Shown: positions 27,575 through 41,317, counted from the stretch's first letter. The stretch: DNA of 64,000 nt from Tubiluchus corallicola (GCA_030141605.1 JAQGDQ010000303.1:218858-282857); one strand, 5' to 3'. The notes: generated by a model not told the origin, from the letters alone. Made by a program: numbers and translations.

Positions 27575-27685
27575 CCTTTTATCTAGGGATGCCCAACACA
27601 TATAGACTCTTGCAGCATTTGTTGGGTCGTATGAGGGATAGATGATTCAGAATTCAGGGGCAGGTGCAAGTTCGCATTCTAAATT
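27575..27685 (-). mobile_element. Short dispersed repeat, probable retroelement 3' end (copy 1)
   Basis: Aligns with 29025-29135 (TTTATCTAGGGA..CTCTTGCAGCAT..GTTGGGTCG..GATAGATG..GCAGGTGCAA). Confidence 0.55.
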
Positions 27686-29024
27686 GGGAGATTTAATCAA
27701 GAGATGGCGCTTGCTTCATCGTGGCTTCCAATACAAGGTTAAAGACTATGATGCATCAGGGTGAAAAATGGCCGACTAAGAATCTAATTACAATATTACA
27801 GTTCATGTTAATTAATCACATATATTATGATACATATTGTTCGACCGCAAAGGAATGCCTCAGATGTAGCGTGCTCGCTTTGCAAGCAAGACAGTGTAGG
27901 TTAAACTCTCAGCCAAAAATACTACAGCTGGTTCTTTGTTCACGTAGGCCTAGACGTAGGCCTTATGGGGTTTTCGAAGTAATAGGTGGGAGATAATAAT
28001 CATTGTTTAAATCGTGGCTACATATGTAGTAATTTAGCTAAGTATGTAGTAAATAATTGTTTATGTGGCAAGTCATTGTAATTCAACGATGCTGAGTATT
28101 AGATTCACAACAAATCTCTAGAGTTCTCCAAAAACAGCAATATCGCCAATAATTACTTGTACAATACACTCGCCCCTATTGTGGCTATTATATCTAGCGT
28201 GTGCCTCGTCTGCATTGAAATTGTATGCGGGTGCACGCATCAGCATACGAATAGATGCATAACCCTCATTTCTGTTTTTAGTTATTCAATAACGTTCTAC
28301 TGTATGAAACAGTAGCTGTAGTCGTGTGTATACATGGTACAATACAGTGCAACTTGATATCATTAATTAAGAGTTTTCATTGCACACAAACGCGAAGCGT
28401 GTACTGCCGCATGTAGATATTAGAATATTATAATAGGCCAAATGATGGGAACATCACAGTAAGAATAAGATGGCTTAATTTTTAACCACGATTAATACTA
28501 CACGTTACAATTACAATATATACAATTATGCATTACAACAAGTTTTTGGAGATGTCGCTTACTGAAAACGTGCGCTTGTTTCTTTGTTAGTTGTTACTTT
28601 CTTACCTGTTGTTTATTGTTGTCTGTATACAAAAAATAACATTATCGTATATATTATTGTATTCAGTCTACTGCAGTTTTGAAGAATTTTAAGTGTTGCA
28701 AGTTGACTGAATATATGAATATTAATCGGTATGTTCCTGTATTTGTTCAGTCACTTATTATTCTGTTTCTGTGGCTTAGTTGTTTTTCACTACTGCCAGC
28801 TTTATTTTACGTTTTTTCATTATTTTGTTTATCTCTTCGTTTATACGTTCGTTAAGCATTTCTTTTTGCTTTTGATCATTTATCGATTTTCTCATTATAA
28901 CCAGAGAAGAAATGGTAAAACAGGTTAGATAGCACTAGGTGGCGGGAGGCGATAGGAAAACAAGTGGAAGCGATATATGTATTGAACATTTGAGTAAACC
29001 AGCTATTCATGTATATATATTTCC

Positions 29025-29135
29025 ATTTATCTAGGGAAGCCCATTACACATAGCCTCTTGCAGCATATGTTGGGTCGCATGAGTGATAGATGGTTCAGAA
29101 CTTTGGCGCAGGTGCAATTTTGCATTTTAAATTTA
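29025..29135 (-). mobile_element. Short dispersed repeat (copy 2)
   Basis: Aligns with 27575-27685. Confidence 0.55.
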
Positions 29136-29217
29136 CTTTGAAATTAACGGATAATGAAATCTCACAAATGTACAAATGCACATCGATAGTGTTAACAGAG
29201 GTAACGTTTACGTGCGA

Positions 29218-29940
29218 TGCCTTATGATGTGCACGTAAGTGAGGATGACTTAAAATATCACAGCATCGTAGCATCCCCCCATACCTACCGGGTCATTGTC
29301 GTACATGTGCATGAAACCTAGACGTGTACGAGTGCAAAATCATCTGTACCAAGGCCTTATGATGTGCACGTAAGTGAGGATGATTTAAAATATCACAGCA
29401 TCGTAGCGTACCCCCCCCCCCCACATACCCACCGGATCATTGTCATACATGTGCACGGAACCTAGACGTGTACGAGTGTAAAATCATCTGTACCAAGGCC
29501 TTTTGATGTGCACGTAAGTGAGAATGATTTAAAATATCACAGCATCATAGCATTCCCCCATACCTACCGGATCATTGTCGTACATGTGCATGAAACCTAG
29601 ACGTGTACGAGTGTAAAATCATCTGTACCAAGGCCATTTGATGTGCACGTAAACGAGGATGTTTTAAAAGCATCACAGCATCATAGCATTCCCCCATACC
29701 TACCGGATCATTGTCATACATGTGCACGGAACCTAGACGTGTAAGAATGCAAAGTCATCTGTACCGAGGCCTTATGATGTGCACGTAAGCGAGAATGATT
29801 TAAAATATCACAGCATCATAGCATTCACCCATACCTACCTGATCATTGTCGTACATGTGCATGAAACCTAGACGTGTAAGAATGCAAAGTCATCTGTACC
29901 AAGGCCTTTTGATGTGCACGTAAACGAGGATGTTTTAAAA
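29218..29940. repeat. ~135-bp tandem repeat, ~5.3 copies
   Basis: Units start GCCTTATGATGTGCACGTAA at ~29219, 29354, 29498, 29633, 29769, 29904. Confidence 0.95.
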
Positions 29941-31865
29941 CACGCAGAGAAGCGCGCATCTCTAACTGATAAATAAACTATATTAAAGAACACCAGTGTG
30001 TCATAAATTTCGTATGAATCTCATTAGATCGACAAAGCAGTGCTATAATTGATGGGCTTTTTCCTCGCGAAGGCAACATTATCGCAGCTTCATATAAAAT
30101 CCGTCGCATAAAGTCGAGTTATGCGAAGTTAATGGGTTCTATTACAAAGCGTAGGATAATTTCAAAAATTAATATCCTTTTCGCGCAATGTACGTGTTTA
30201 CCTGTTCTTTAAATGCTGGAACTGTGATCATGAACAAAAAGTCAAACGAACTATCAGTAAAATAAACGTATCTATCTAAACCGTTTATGTTACTAGCAAA
30301 ATTATGCAAAAATCCTTCAGAAGACGTATAATTTTCTCCAGTAAAATCAACAATTATAGAGGAGATCGGGGTAAAATGTTTCCTTATTTCATTAGCAGAT
30401 GAAGCGTGTAGATGTGTTTTAAATGTTTTTGCTTTTTGCTTTATATTAGCATTGCACTAATTCTGATTTTGTAAGTAACTAACAGTAACAGTCTTTGATT
30501 AGTCAACACATATATTATTATTAAAAACACATGTTGTTGTTGTTGTCGCTCCTGCTGCTGCTGTCGCTGTCGTTGTTGTTATCATCATTAATTTATTGCA
30601 CATACAATGCAGGCTAAAACAAAAACCTAAATAGTATGCATTAACGTATATTAAATTTTTAATACACATTCTTGCAGAATTCAGACCTATTGACTTACTG
30701 TTGTTCAAGCTATTGCGCAGCACCACATTTCATCACAATTAGACCCACAAAACGTTCTCTCAGTCAAACTCAGTGTTGAAATTAGAGTTTATCTAACCAA
30801 AGAGTACACTGTTTGCTGGGTAAATGCAGGCGATTGCACAAGCAAATACATTTTCACAGCCAGGCAGCAGAGCTGCGGGTGAATTTTATGAAATTGACTT
30901 ATTATAAGCAAATTATACACGTCATCGATACAGTGTTTGCTTTAGCCGACACATTTGCAGAAGAAGTCATTTCATTCTTTTCGCGCGGGAATTAATTTCG
31001 TAAATAAAGCGCGAGTACGATATACAGTACACTAAGGCACACCGTTAAAAACAAAGATTAAAAGATTTGAATTGAATGCAGGTGAAAAGCTTTCTCGCCT
31101 CCTACAACTAAGATCTCCGCCATTGGAAGCCCTGGAGTACGTGCCATGTTTTAGAACATAAAGGCAAGCAATCGACACCACTGTAATCCTAAAGCACATT
31201 CATATGGCATGTAATTAGCCCTAGTGCATGAGAGACGCTTGCCTTTCAGTACAATTTCAGTACAGTAACGCTTTTTTTGAAAATGAGTGAAAATGTTTTC
31301 AAAAAGTTCAGTTTTTTTTACAATTTCACAATTAAAATACAAAACTCTCAGGCAAATTTCAGACATGCTGGAACAGCAGAGACTTTCAGAAATCGTTCTA
31401 TTAAGTTCTGATCCTTTCTTTTAGATTTTCCGTGATTAACAAGTACTGTTGCTAGAGAATATTCTTCACGTGGTAATTACTGCAGTTAGACGCGTCTGGC
31501 CGGGTCTGAAGTCAACAAGAAAGAGTGGCGGCTTAAATAAGCATCGCAAACGGGTTGATTTTGATGACTCCAAGTGTTGTGTACTGCGTAGTTTGTGAGG
31601 TGTGGATTCAATGAGTCTGTGTTGTTTTGTCTAGCATTTCTAGACATTAACTCATCACGATCATTGCATTTTCATTGCATATAATTGCACGTCTGATCAC
31701 TTCAAGTGCTATTATACGCAAGGCCCAGGCCTACCAATTTAATTTCTTTAATTTAACTTTAATTTTAATTTAATTTTGTTCTTTATTTCAGTTCGCAGAC
31801 GTTACACGTCTTAAACCATAAAAATGCAGTTACTAATAAAACTAATTATAAAGATATAAACTTAC

Positions 31866-32485
31866 TATAGGTTTTACACGTCAAGTGTAGACACAGGAAA
31901 GTTCAAATGTGACATAGGTAAGTAAAATGTAGACATAGGAATTTCGAATGCGTTTTGGTAACTCAAATGTGACATAGGTAAGTAAGATGTAGACATAGGA
32001 ATTTCGAATGCGTTTTGGTAACTCAAATGTGACTTAGGTAAGTCAAATGTAGATGCGGTACTTTGAATAAATCGGTAATTAACTCATTTAAGTGCAAATT
32101 ACGAAAAGATAAAACCAAATTAAAATTATATTGTATGGTCATTGTGCTATCGGCAGCATCACTTCCCAATGAACAGTGAATCACTAATTAGTTTTTTAAG
32201 TAATGCATTAGCACTGCATTAATGAATTAGTTTCTCTCAAGAAACATTGTTTATTTTAAGAATGTATTGTTTTCTCTAACAGTTGCAATGGTATGTAAAG
32301 TTTACAGAATATTAGTGAACTGTTAGTAGACCTATAAAGTTATTATTTTGACACCTATTCACATTTGAACTACCAAGACACATTTGAACTACCTAAGTCT
32401 ACATTTGAGTTACCAAGACACATTTGAATTACCTGAATCTACATTTGAGTTAACGTCGATCTACATTTGAAATGTAAAACCTATA
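31866..32485. mobile_element. Foldback MITE, second copy (inverted relative to 3284-3824), TA-flanked
   Basis: TATAGGTTTTACACGTCAA ... TTGAAATGTAAAACCTATA termini, with the same subterminal repeats. Confidence 0.8.
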
Positions 32486-32994
32486 TTTACAAAGATTAAA
32501 AAGAGAACACCATTAAAAAATATTTACATAAGTGACAAGAGTTAAGAGTATTTTGAAATTTCGTTGAAATAAGCAAAAATTTTAGAGTATATAAAACAAC
32601 AGAATGATAAATTAAATGCTGTAAAATACTATTAGAAGAATTCAAAACACCGACGCTTGTGAATGTGGCAGAACCGATACTTTGCCGATTTATCAAGGCG
32701 ATGTTGTTGACCGATCAAGACAGGATGTTGGACAAAAGTGTCTCAGCTATGTTCGCATCTCTATATACGTCATCCATGAAAGAGAAAACTAACCGGGCAG
32801 AACGTTAGCAGACAAAATTATTAACACGCATCCATTTACTGACTAGGTCTGTCGCTTTTTAATTTCGCAGTTACACATGCGCCTAAAACTCAAGATCGTG
32901 ATTTTCTGCACCATAGAAAACGGAAAGAAAAGTTATCTAGATACCCCGGGGGAAAATTAACCTGAAAAAATCCCCTCAAGCCCAGCACAATAAC

Positions 32995-33558
32995 CTTATG
33001 GATATCCATAAAATAAGACCAAAAATCCATAAAACAAAATTTGAAAAATTCATAAAATAAGAAATGCATCAAATAAAAAAATATTTTTTTGTGATTTTTT
33101 TGTACAAAGTAACGAGTTGTAAGCATTGGCAACACTGAAAACGAACGTTAGAAGGAGAGAAAGAGAAAGAAAACAAACCAACAAAAGCGCATTTCCGGAT
33201 TTGCTATTTTACATTGTTTTTTCTCATTGTCTTTTTGTTATCAAGATGGCGAAGTTTCACCCAAAGCATGAGCTGGAGTTCGGTCTGAAACTAGCTGAGA
33301 GAGACCCAGCCATTGTCTCGTAAAATTTGATTAAATTTGAAGTGATATGAAACCGATAAAATTAAAACTAAGTCCTGCGTGTTTAAAAACACGTTTCAAG
33401 CCTCCTGTTTTTACTTTTTAATTGATTTCCCCCTGGGCATCTCGTTCCAGATATAGTCTATTTCTTATTTTATTGATATCCATAAAATAAAATTTCAAAA
33501 ATCCATAAAATAAGCTATTTTATTTATTTTATACATATCCATAATCTTATGCACCCTG
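32995..33558. mobile_element. hAT-like non-autonomous element with truncated left terminus
   Basis: Right end ...ATATCCATAATCTTATGCACCCTG is followed by ACAATAAC. The same 8-mer (32987-32994) abuts CTTATGGATAT on the left. CCATAAAATAA subterminal repeats. Confidence 0.6.
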
Positions 33559-33807
33559 ACAATAACAGACCCGTATACGACAGAGTGTTCATGTATAACA
33601 TCACTTCACTCAAGCCACGAGCTGTAACACTTCTCACGTTACTGCACCGTGAAATTCAATAACTCGGCGTAATAGCAGACGTTTTGCTTGCCAGTAATCA
33701 CGTTTATATCAACAAAATTGCTGAAAGATGAAAATTTGCATGAGAAAATTAGTTTATGAATTTTACTATGATAGATTATAGGGCACCTCTTGACGTGATG
33801 TTTCAAC

Positions 33808-35115
33808 TGGTTACATTATAGTGCATTGCTAGAGGCGCTAGTGCAAACAGTGCACTAAAAGAAGTGTTACCTATGCTGCAATGCACTACTATCAGGGTTG
33901 GTTACATTACAGTGCATTGCTAGAGGCGCTAGTGCAAACAGTGCACTAAAAGAAGCGTTGCCAATGCTGCAATGCACTACTATCAGGGTTGGTTACATTA
34001 CAGTGCATTGCTAGAGGCGCTAGTGCAAACAGTGCACTAAAAGAAGCGTTGCCAATGCTGCAATGCACTACTATCAGGGTTGGTTACATTACAGTGCATT
34101 GCTAGAGGCGCTGGTGCAAACAGTGCACTAAAAGAAGTGTTACCTATGCTGCAATGCACTACTATCAGGGTTGGTTACATTACAGTGCATTGCTAGAGGC
34201 GCTAGTGCAAACAGTGCACTAAAAGAAGCGTTACCAATGCTGCAATGCACTACTATCAGGGTTGGTTACATTACAGTGCATTGCTAGAGGCGCTAGTGCA
34301 AACAGTGCACTAAAAGAAGTGTTACCTATGCTGCAATGCACTACTATCAGGGTTGGTTACATTACAGTGCATTGCTAGAGGCGCTAGTGCAAACAGTGCA
34401 CTAAAAGAAGCGTTACCAATGCTGCAATGCACTACTATCAGGGTTGGTTACATTACAGTGCATTGCTAGAGGCGCTAGTGCAAACAGTGCACTAAAAGAA
34501 GCGTTGCCAATGCTGCAATGCACTACTATCAGGGTTGGTTACATTACAGTGCATTGCTAGAGGCGCTGGTGCAAACAGTGCACTAAAAGAAGCGTTGCCA
34601 ATGCTGCAATGCACTACTATCAGGGTTGGTTACACTACAGTGCATTGCTAGAGGCGCTAGTGCAAACAGTGCACTAAAAGAAGCGTTGCCAATGCTGCAA
34701 TGCACTACTATCAGGGTTGGTTACATTACAGTGCATTGCTAGAGGCGCTAGTGCAAACAGTGCACTAAAAGAAGCGTTACCAATGCTGCAATGCACTACT
34801 ATCAGGGTTGGTTACATTACAGTGCATTGCTAGATGCGCTGGTGCAAACAGTGCACTAAAAGAAGCGTTGCCAATGCTGCAATGCACTAGTGCAAACAGT
34901 GCACTAAAAGAAGCGTTGCCAATGCTGCAATGCACAACTATCAGGATTGGTTACACTACAGTGCACTGCTAGAGGCGCTACTGCAAACAGTGCACAAAAA
35001 GAAGCGTTGCCAATGCTGCAATGCACAACTACCAGGGTTGGTTACACTACAGTGCACTGCTAGAGGCGCTAGTGCAAACAGTGCACTAAAAAAAGTGTTG
35101 ACAATGCTGCAATGC
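33808..35115. repeat. 91-bp minisatellite, ~14 copies, TGCA-rich
   Basis: Units start GGTTACATTACAGTGCATTGCTAGAGGCGC at 33809, 33900, 33991 and so on. Confidence 0.98.
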
Positions 35116-35217
35116 GTGTTGGCTAGACGCACGGAATAGTTGCAGTGTAAACTGTACTTTTTTTCAAACATCCAGATATTTTCAATTTGAGTTGATTTGT
35201 AAAAACTGCCATCTTGT

Positions 35218-35374
35218 TGTTCACTCTCATTGGAATCACTTCTGCTATACAGAATGGGGAGATCTTAACTGTTCACTCTCATTGGAATCACTTCTGCTAT
35301 ACAGAATGGGGAGATCTTAACTGTTCACTCTCATTGGAATCACTTCTGCTATAGAGAATGGGGAGATCTTAACT
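35218..35374. repeat. 52-bp tandem repeat, 3 copies
   Basis: TGTTCACTCTCATTGGAATCACTTCTGCTATACAGAATGGGGAGATCTTAAC x3. Confidence 0.95.
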
Positions 35375-35677
35375 ATGTCAGTTCGGGAAAGTGGGCTAAA
35401 TGGTGTTGGCCGTACATGTGGGCATGAATGACCATGACACACGTACGATTTTACAATTCATCTACGAAACAGGTCACACAGGTTACAACTATCACCTGCA
35501 CATGTTCCTAACTTTCGCATATTACACTACCCCGCATAGTGCAACCAAAAAATGACAAAATAACAAAGACGCTTATTTACAGTCGCCGGGACAATAGACA
35601 ACGTTAGCTATAAGACACTCTTGACGGATACAACAGCACATAAACAATACAGATAACAACTGTTTGCGCCAGTGTAG

Positions 35678-35757
35678 GTGGCAGTGGGATTCGAACTCGG
35701 GTTGTAAAGCAGAAAAACACTCACAGTCCGTCACCTTAACCACTCGGCCATCCGTAC
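35678..35757 (-). pseudogene. tRNA-derived sequence (tRNA pseudogene or SINE head)
   Basis: Minus strand GTACGGATGGCCGAGTGGTTAAGG (A box) ... GAGTTCGAATCCCAC (B box). The anticodon and acceptor stems do not pair properly. Confidence 0.7.
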
Positions 35758-36282
35758 TGATAACAAAGAAAAACATACGCAAAGCTAGTGCCAAACAACT
35801 GTTCTATCTGAAACAAACAATTACGGCGTAGGGCAGTGGCAGAAGTACTGGTGCGCATGTCTCTTATCAGCATTTGTAAAAAAACAGATAAAAAATCAAC
35901 ATATTTTATTGATGCCGTAAAAAGTAATCCAGAGTAATTAATACTAACTATTTATTCTCTCAGTTACTCTTGCTAACTCTCTCACACTTACACTGAATAA
36001 GGTTATTACACAACTTACCAAGCAACATAATATTAATCCACAAAGACTAGAGAATGCGCAACATGCTTGATGAGCTGTTAGCTTCCTCTTTTAAAACGTG
36101 GCGTAAATAAAAGCAAGTAATCGAAACTACGATTAATTTTCATAAAATTATAGCATAAATTATAAAATTTCATATACTATAGTGCTTAATTGCCATATTT
36201 AATCATAGGTCAGAAAATTAACGCAAATTGCTATTAATTCTTTTCTTATCCACGAAACAGGAAGTTCAAGGAAAAAACTTAC

Positions 36283-36345
36283 GAGTGGACTGGGTGTCTG
36301 CGTCGCCGTCTCCATTTTCAGCAGAACAGGGGTCCACATAAGCAT
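36283..36345 (-). CDS. Candidate coding part of an alternative first exon (MLMWTPVLLK-METATQTPSPL), phase-0 donor
   Basis: ATGs at 36345 and 36315 (AAAATGG, good Kozak context) are in frame to the donor CTC|GTAAGTTTTTT at 36283/36282. It lies ~300 bp downstream of a promoter-like element, and its phase is compatible with the TIA-1 exon. No homology recognised. Confidence 0.45.
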
Positions 36346-36604
36346 GGATTCTCCTTACTATTGCGAACCGAAAGAGAATGAATGTTGAGAGACCTTCACG
36401 AAAGACGTGACAGAACCGTCACAGGAGTGTATAATAGTCGGAACGACCGAGAAACGGATTGGAGAAAAGATGTTATTCACATAGCGCGAGGTACTCCTCC
36501 ACGACGAGCCGCCTACACAACCGACACGAACAATACTAACCTCAACTACACAATGGCCACATCAAATAACATGCAATAACAGCTTATTAATTATTTACAT
36601 CACA

Positions 36605-36700
36605 GTAGGGTCGCAAACGCGCGCGCGAAGCCCGGGAAGCCAATTGGCTGGATCCAAGCGTTTCCATGGCAACGACGATTCGATAAACAGCCAATGGTGA
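36605..36700. promoter_or_regulatory. Promoter-like module: RFX X-box, two CCAAT elements, GC-rich/E2F-like tract
   Basis: GTTTCCATGGCAAC (36660-36673) is a near-perfect palindromic X-box. AGCCAATTGGCT (36638-36649) is a palindromic CCAAT and AGCCAATGG lies at 36689-36697. CGCGCGCGCGAA and CCCGGGAAG make the site locally CpG-rich in an AT-rich background. Confidence 0.65.
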
Positions 36701-37996
36701 GAGTGTAACGTGCTGGACTGGCTAGCTTGAAGAATCATTATGTTGTCGGGTGTTGGATTAGGTGCTGCCCGAGGCCCCGTATCCCTAGATGTCAGCAGAT
36801 TACTCTGCATTGAGAGAAAATAGTATGGCAACAATTAGCAAATAGGAATGACAAATCAGTTAATTACATTAACTATGACACCAATGCAGTCTCCAGTGTA
36901 TGCCAAAAACGAAAATAGGTCGCTCAAAACTGTCAAACAAAAGTCCACCAAGGTAATACCTTGGTCCTTCAAGGTAACACCCTTAATAAATTATTTAATT
37001 CTGAAATAAGACCATATCGTTGAGTCGTGATAAAACCTCATTTGCTCAATATAGTATATTATTCACAAAGTAATTGAATTTCTGCTAACCAGATCTGGTT
37101 ATTTGAACTTGTTTTTTGTTCGTTCTTGTTCTTGTTCAAACAAGTTGATCTTGTTTTTCGGGTGATGTAAAAAAGAATTTTCGTCACTCACAAAATAACA
37201 GTTCGTTTTCCAGGATAGCTTCTCGTTTTCACTTCATAACACGCTATATCTCGTTTCATTAAAAATACATTTTCCTCTTTCTCTTGAGATCATTCGAAAC
37301 GGTTTAACTTCCTCATATCAGTAAGCCTTAGTAAAAGTATTACATTCTTGCCGAGTGAGTACTTCGTTCTTTCAAGGTAGCTTCTAGTTACCTCTTTTTG
37401 GAATGGCCTAGGTCCGTCACGATAGTATCAATCTTTCAACACATTACTGAGTTTTTCTCATTCACATTAGGCATAGTTCTCATTCACGCACTGAAGCAAT
37501 TAATTTCCACTGTTACTTGAACATCATATTCTGTTTTATCAAGAAGAATCGCGTTCTCCCACTGAAATGAGTTTGAGAAGACTTTCCGGGGATCCGTACT
37601 CAGTTAAAAAACTGAATAAATGCCATCACAACACACACACGTACGTAGAAAACTACAATTTTAATAGCAAACGCAGAAATTATCCTATATTGCCTTCCTA
37701 TAGTAGTAGCAGGAAGTTTCCAGGTAAAAATCAAACTAACAAAACAGCTTCTCGTGCGACTGGTATTGTTTTACAATAGCTTCTCAGCTTGCACTCAGAA
37801 CGAGCACTGAAACTATATTAAATTCTCAAAGAGAGTCATAAGACAAAAGAAAAATCAATTTCTCTAGGTCTTATCAGAGCCAGTGTTGAAATAGTGGTGC
37901 TATCAATCAGCAGTGTCAATCAAATCGATGCCGTAATATTGAACACCGTTTTACACTCTGTGAGACTAGCAACGAAAAAAGCTAAAAATTAACATG

Positions 37997-38380
37997 TCCT
38001 TTCAGTGCTCCAGCGATTGATGATGATCGTGAAAAGGTCAAAGGTTAAATGTACCAGACAATGCATTTGTGTGAACTTGAAAACGCCTCGCAGTCCATGC
38101 TATTGTAATAGTAATAATTTTAACAGCAAGCTAGAACCTTACCTAATTCATTTTTCTTGTTCCCAAGCAAGATCCTGCTAGTACACGCTGTACACACAGA
38201 CTAATGCATAATTAAGAAAAATCCACGTAAAACAACTGAAATTACTGAACTGATGCGGATAGACGGCTTTGCCTTGCCCATATGTAACGTGATGGTTGTA
38301 GTTAAGATGCGTTGCTGTGGTAAACTTAAACTTTGACCTAGAGCAACTGCGCGAGCGCACAACAAAACTGTGAAAAGGTT
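37997..38380 (+). mobile_element. Diverged second copy of the 18223-18639 MITE
   Basis: Colinear alignment along the whole length, ending in AACTGTGAAAAGG. Confidence 0.75.
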
Positions 38381-39574
38381 TATCAAGACCGTGAAATGCT
38401 CTGCCCCTGCCAGAAAACAATATGCCTCTCGCAAATCAGATCAAATGCAAGCATCACTCTGCAGACAATGTCATAAATTTTCGCAGGATTACAGTATTAA
38501 GAGGTTTCGTAAACGACATACATTCTTCTTCAACCATCAAGATTAATTTAAGTAGAAGGATGTTGATTTTGTTAGCAATGCCATCTTTCTATATATAATC
38601 TTGATCTAATGCGGCTACACACGTGAAATGGCCATCTTCTCCTAATGAAATGCCATGTGAAATGTCCTGCAGGCTGCCACAGGGGACGCCACAAGCAGAA
38701 GAGAACAACTGAAAGCAATTAGGAGTAAAGAATACGCTACCGTGCCTTGCTCCTGGCTCGTATTTTTCATTAGCGCACTCCCAAAAGAGAGGTTTGTAAT
38801 TAACTCGGCAAGTTAAACATCCAAGAAATAAGAACCATTTGTTCTCGAAACACAAACTTAATTGAAAGAATCATAAGTTTCTTCAATACAGGTTTCTGTA
38901 AACACTAAATACGCCAGAAGGTTCTGTGACGTGTTCTACATCAGTTCCACATATAACCGAGTGCTACACCTTTACTGACTTCGCTTGCGATGTTGTTGAT
39001 TCAATTACCAGGAAAGTAAAAAAAAATGTGCCATTCAAATATTCAGGCTCAGAAACATATATATTTACATCATGTCAATAAAAATGACATATAAACAACA
39101 AAACCACAAGTGGAATTATTCTTGGGAGCGCTAACGCTGCCATTTTGCTTTCACAATAGTTGCAAATGACAGGAAATGTTTCAAAGCACAAGAAAAAATA
39201 TGATGAGTGCACAAATCCTCTTGAATTTCACATCTCCCGATTCCCCCTATAGGAAATACAAGATCATGGTCATCACAGTGAGGCACAAACTGAGGAAGAC
39301 ATTCAAAACAACTCCAACAATAACTTGAAAAATATGCAGCAAAAATGACTATACTCTGATTGTCGTTGAATGTTGCAAACTGTACTAATGAGTGATCAAA
39401 GACAAGTACAGAATTAATTATAGCAGGTGTTACTGTTGCCCCTATAGTAAACAATTAAGAGGCGCTACGAGGACTACTTTAAACAATTGTACACAACAAA
39501 ACTCATCAGTCGATTACAGAGGTCTTATGAGGTCTTGGGCATTTAAAATCAATGTAGCTGTAAATATCTTAGAT

Positions 39575-39760
39575 GCCTTCAACAAATGTCTTGGCTCCCT
39601 TCAACAAATGTCTTGGCTGCCTTCAACAAATGTCTTGCCTCCCTTCAACAAATGTCTTGGCTGCCTTCAACAAGTGTCTTGGCTGCCTTCAACAAATGTC
39701 TTGGCTTCCTTCAACAAATGTCTTGGCTCCCTTCAACAAATGTCTTGGCTCCCTTCAACA
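39575..39760. repeat. 22-bp minisatellite, ~8 copies
   Basis: CCTTCAACAAATGTCTTGGCT(G/C). Confidence 0.95.
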
Positions 39761-40162
39761 TCCCCACTTATGTAGCACATATAACTTCCACAAAAAGTTG
39801 GAAAACGTATCATTCAAACGCATATAATGGCAGCGATGACGATGCTGACAGGTGTAATTATAATGCTGTGATGATGATAACCCATTCAATGTTATTGCAT
39901 AGCTCAGCATAGCTGAATATTACGGGTTGGATACTTTTATAATCATTCTAGTCATCCTCAATACTACCAGCAGAAATAATGCTTAGATGCTGCAAAAGAG
40001 CCAAGAATTTGCCAAGCAACATGAATTCACGTGAACGTGGAACTTGAGCTCAATTAAAAAACATGTCTTCTAAACTAATTTAATAATTTATTTTCTTTCT
40101 TTGATTTATGAGCCAGAAAATTTACTACAAGCGTAAAGACGTAAGGACTTTTGAATGAGTTC

Positions 40163-40336
40163 AAGCAGCGCGCGTTTACGGAAAGACACGACGTCCTTAC
40201 GAAAAGTCACGAAGTCTCCCAGTTACGTCAACATGATAAACTCAACATTCTGTATGACTTGATCTTTCCTCTAAACGTTGATTTTGACAGAAAAAAATTC
40301 AAAAAACATACGCAATAGTCAGGGATTGATTGATTG

Positions 40337-40408
<72 letters not shown>
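40163..40408 (+). repeat. Dispersed repeat ending in (GATT)n (copy 1)
   Basis: Near-identical to 44578-44790, followed by ~21 GATT units. Confidence 0.85.
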
Positions 40409-40410
<2 letters not shown>

Positions 40411-41317
40411 GGGATGACAGGAAACTCCATCAAGTATTGCTTATAAGGACTGCCTAGAATATTTTAACTAAACAATTAATATTCCACTGCCCCAGTCATC
40501 TCCAATTTACAATTACCAAACTTATATAATTCAACTTAGTCAAGACGAATTATACAGCAATAAGCACCAAAATTGTCTTTGTCGTTTACTCATTGTTCAA
40601 CGGACAGAAATCGTCTTATTTCCCAATGGTCACAGAGTTAGAGAAACTGAATTTAAATTTTTATAGCAGCTGTCAATGTCCATGATGGAACAATTTACCC
40701 ACAACGAGCAACGCAAAGCAGTCAAGAGACTTGTACGTTAAATGCTAGAACCGGAAAGAAAATTTACTAGCTCTGTGTTTCTGAAAATTTCGATAGTATA
40801 CGTATCCAATCCTACGAACAAACTCCTGAGACATTTTATTACATAATGACACCTGAACTGAAGGAGAATAAATATCAGCCTCTGATGAAGACGTCGAAAT
40901 AAGAAAGGCTTGGTGAAATTTCACCTTAAATTTTGATTTCTAATATTATCTGTGGTGATTTAATTACCATTAATCAGAATTTGGACACGGAATCCAACTT
41001 AGTGAATACGTATTACACTTACCCAGTAATAAAGAGTTAATTTAATTAAAATAGAGATCAAAATAATAAAACTTTTCTGGAGATCAAGAAAATCAACCTG
41101 AGTGACTTAGTTTGAAGAAAGCGAAGCATAAGCAGAATGACAACGTCTTATCATAATTCACTGATAAGCACTTCGGTTTTGAATATACGAATAGTACGCA
41201 TGCGTATAACTGACTTTTTAATTGTTTAAATACTAACTGTTGAATACGCAATACGAATCACGCATCACGTACACATGCAGCCATAACTTAAGACCAAAAT
41301 TTCTAGCGGTACACAAT

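Noticed and set aside
35678-35757. Functional tRNA gene
   Set aside because: A and B boxes are present but the stems do not form a cloverleaf.
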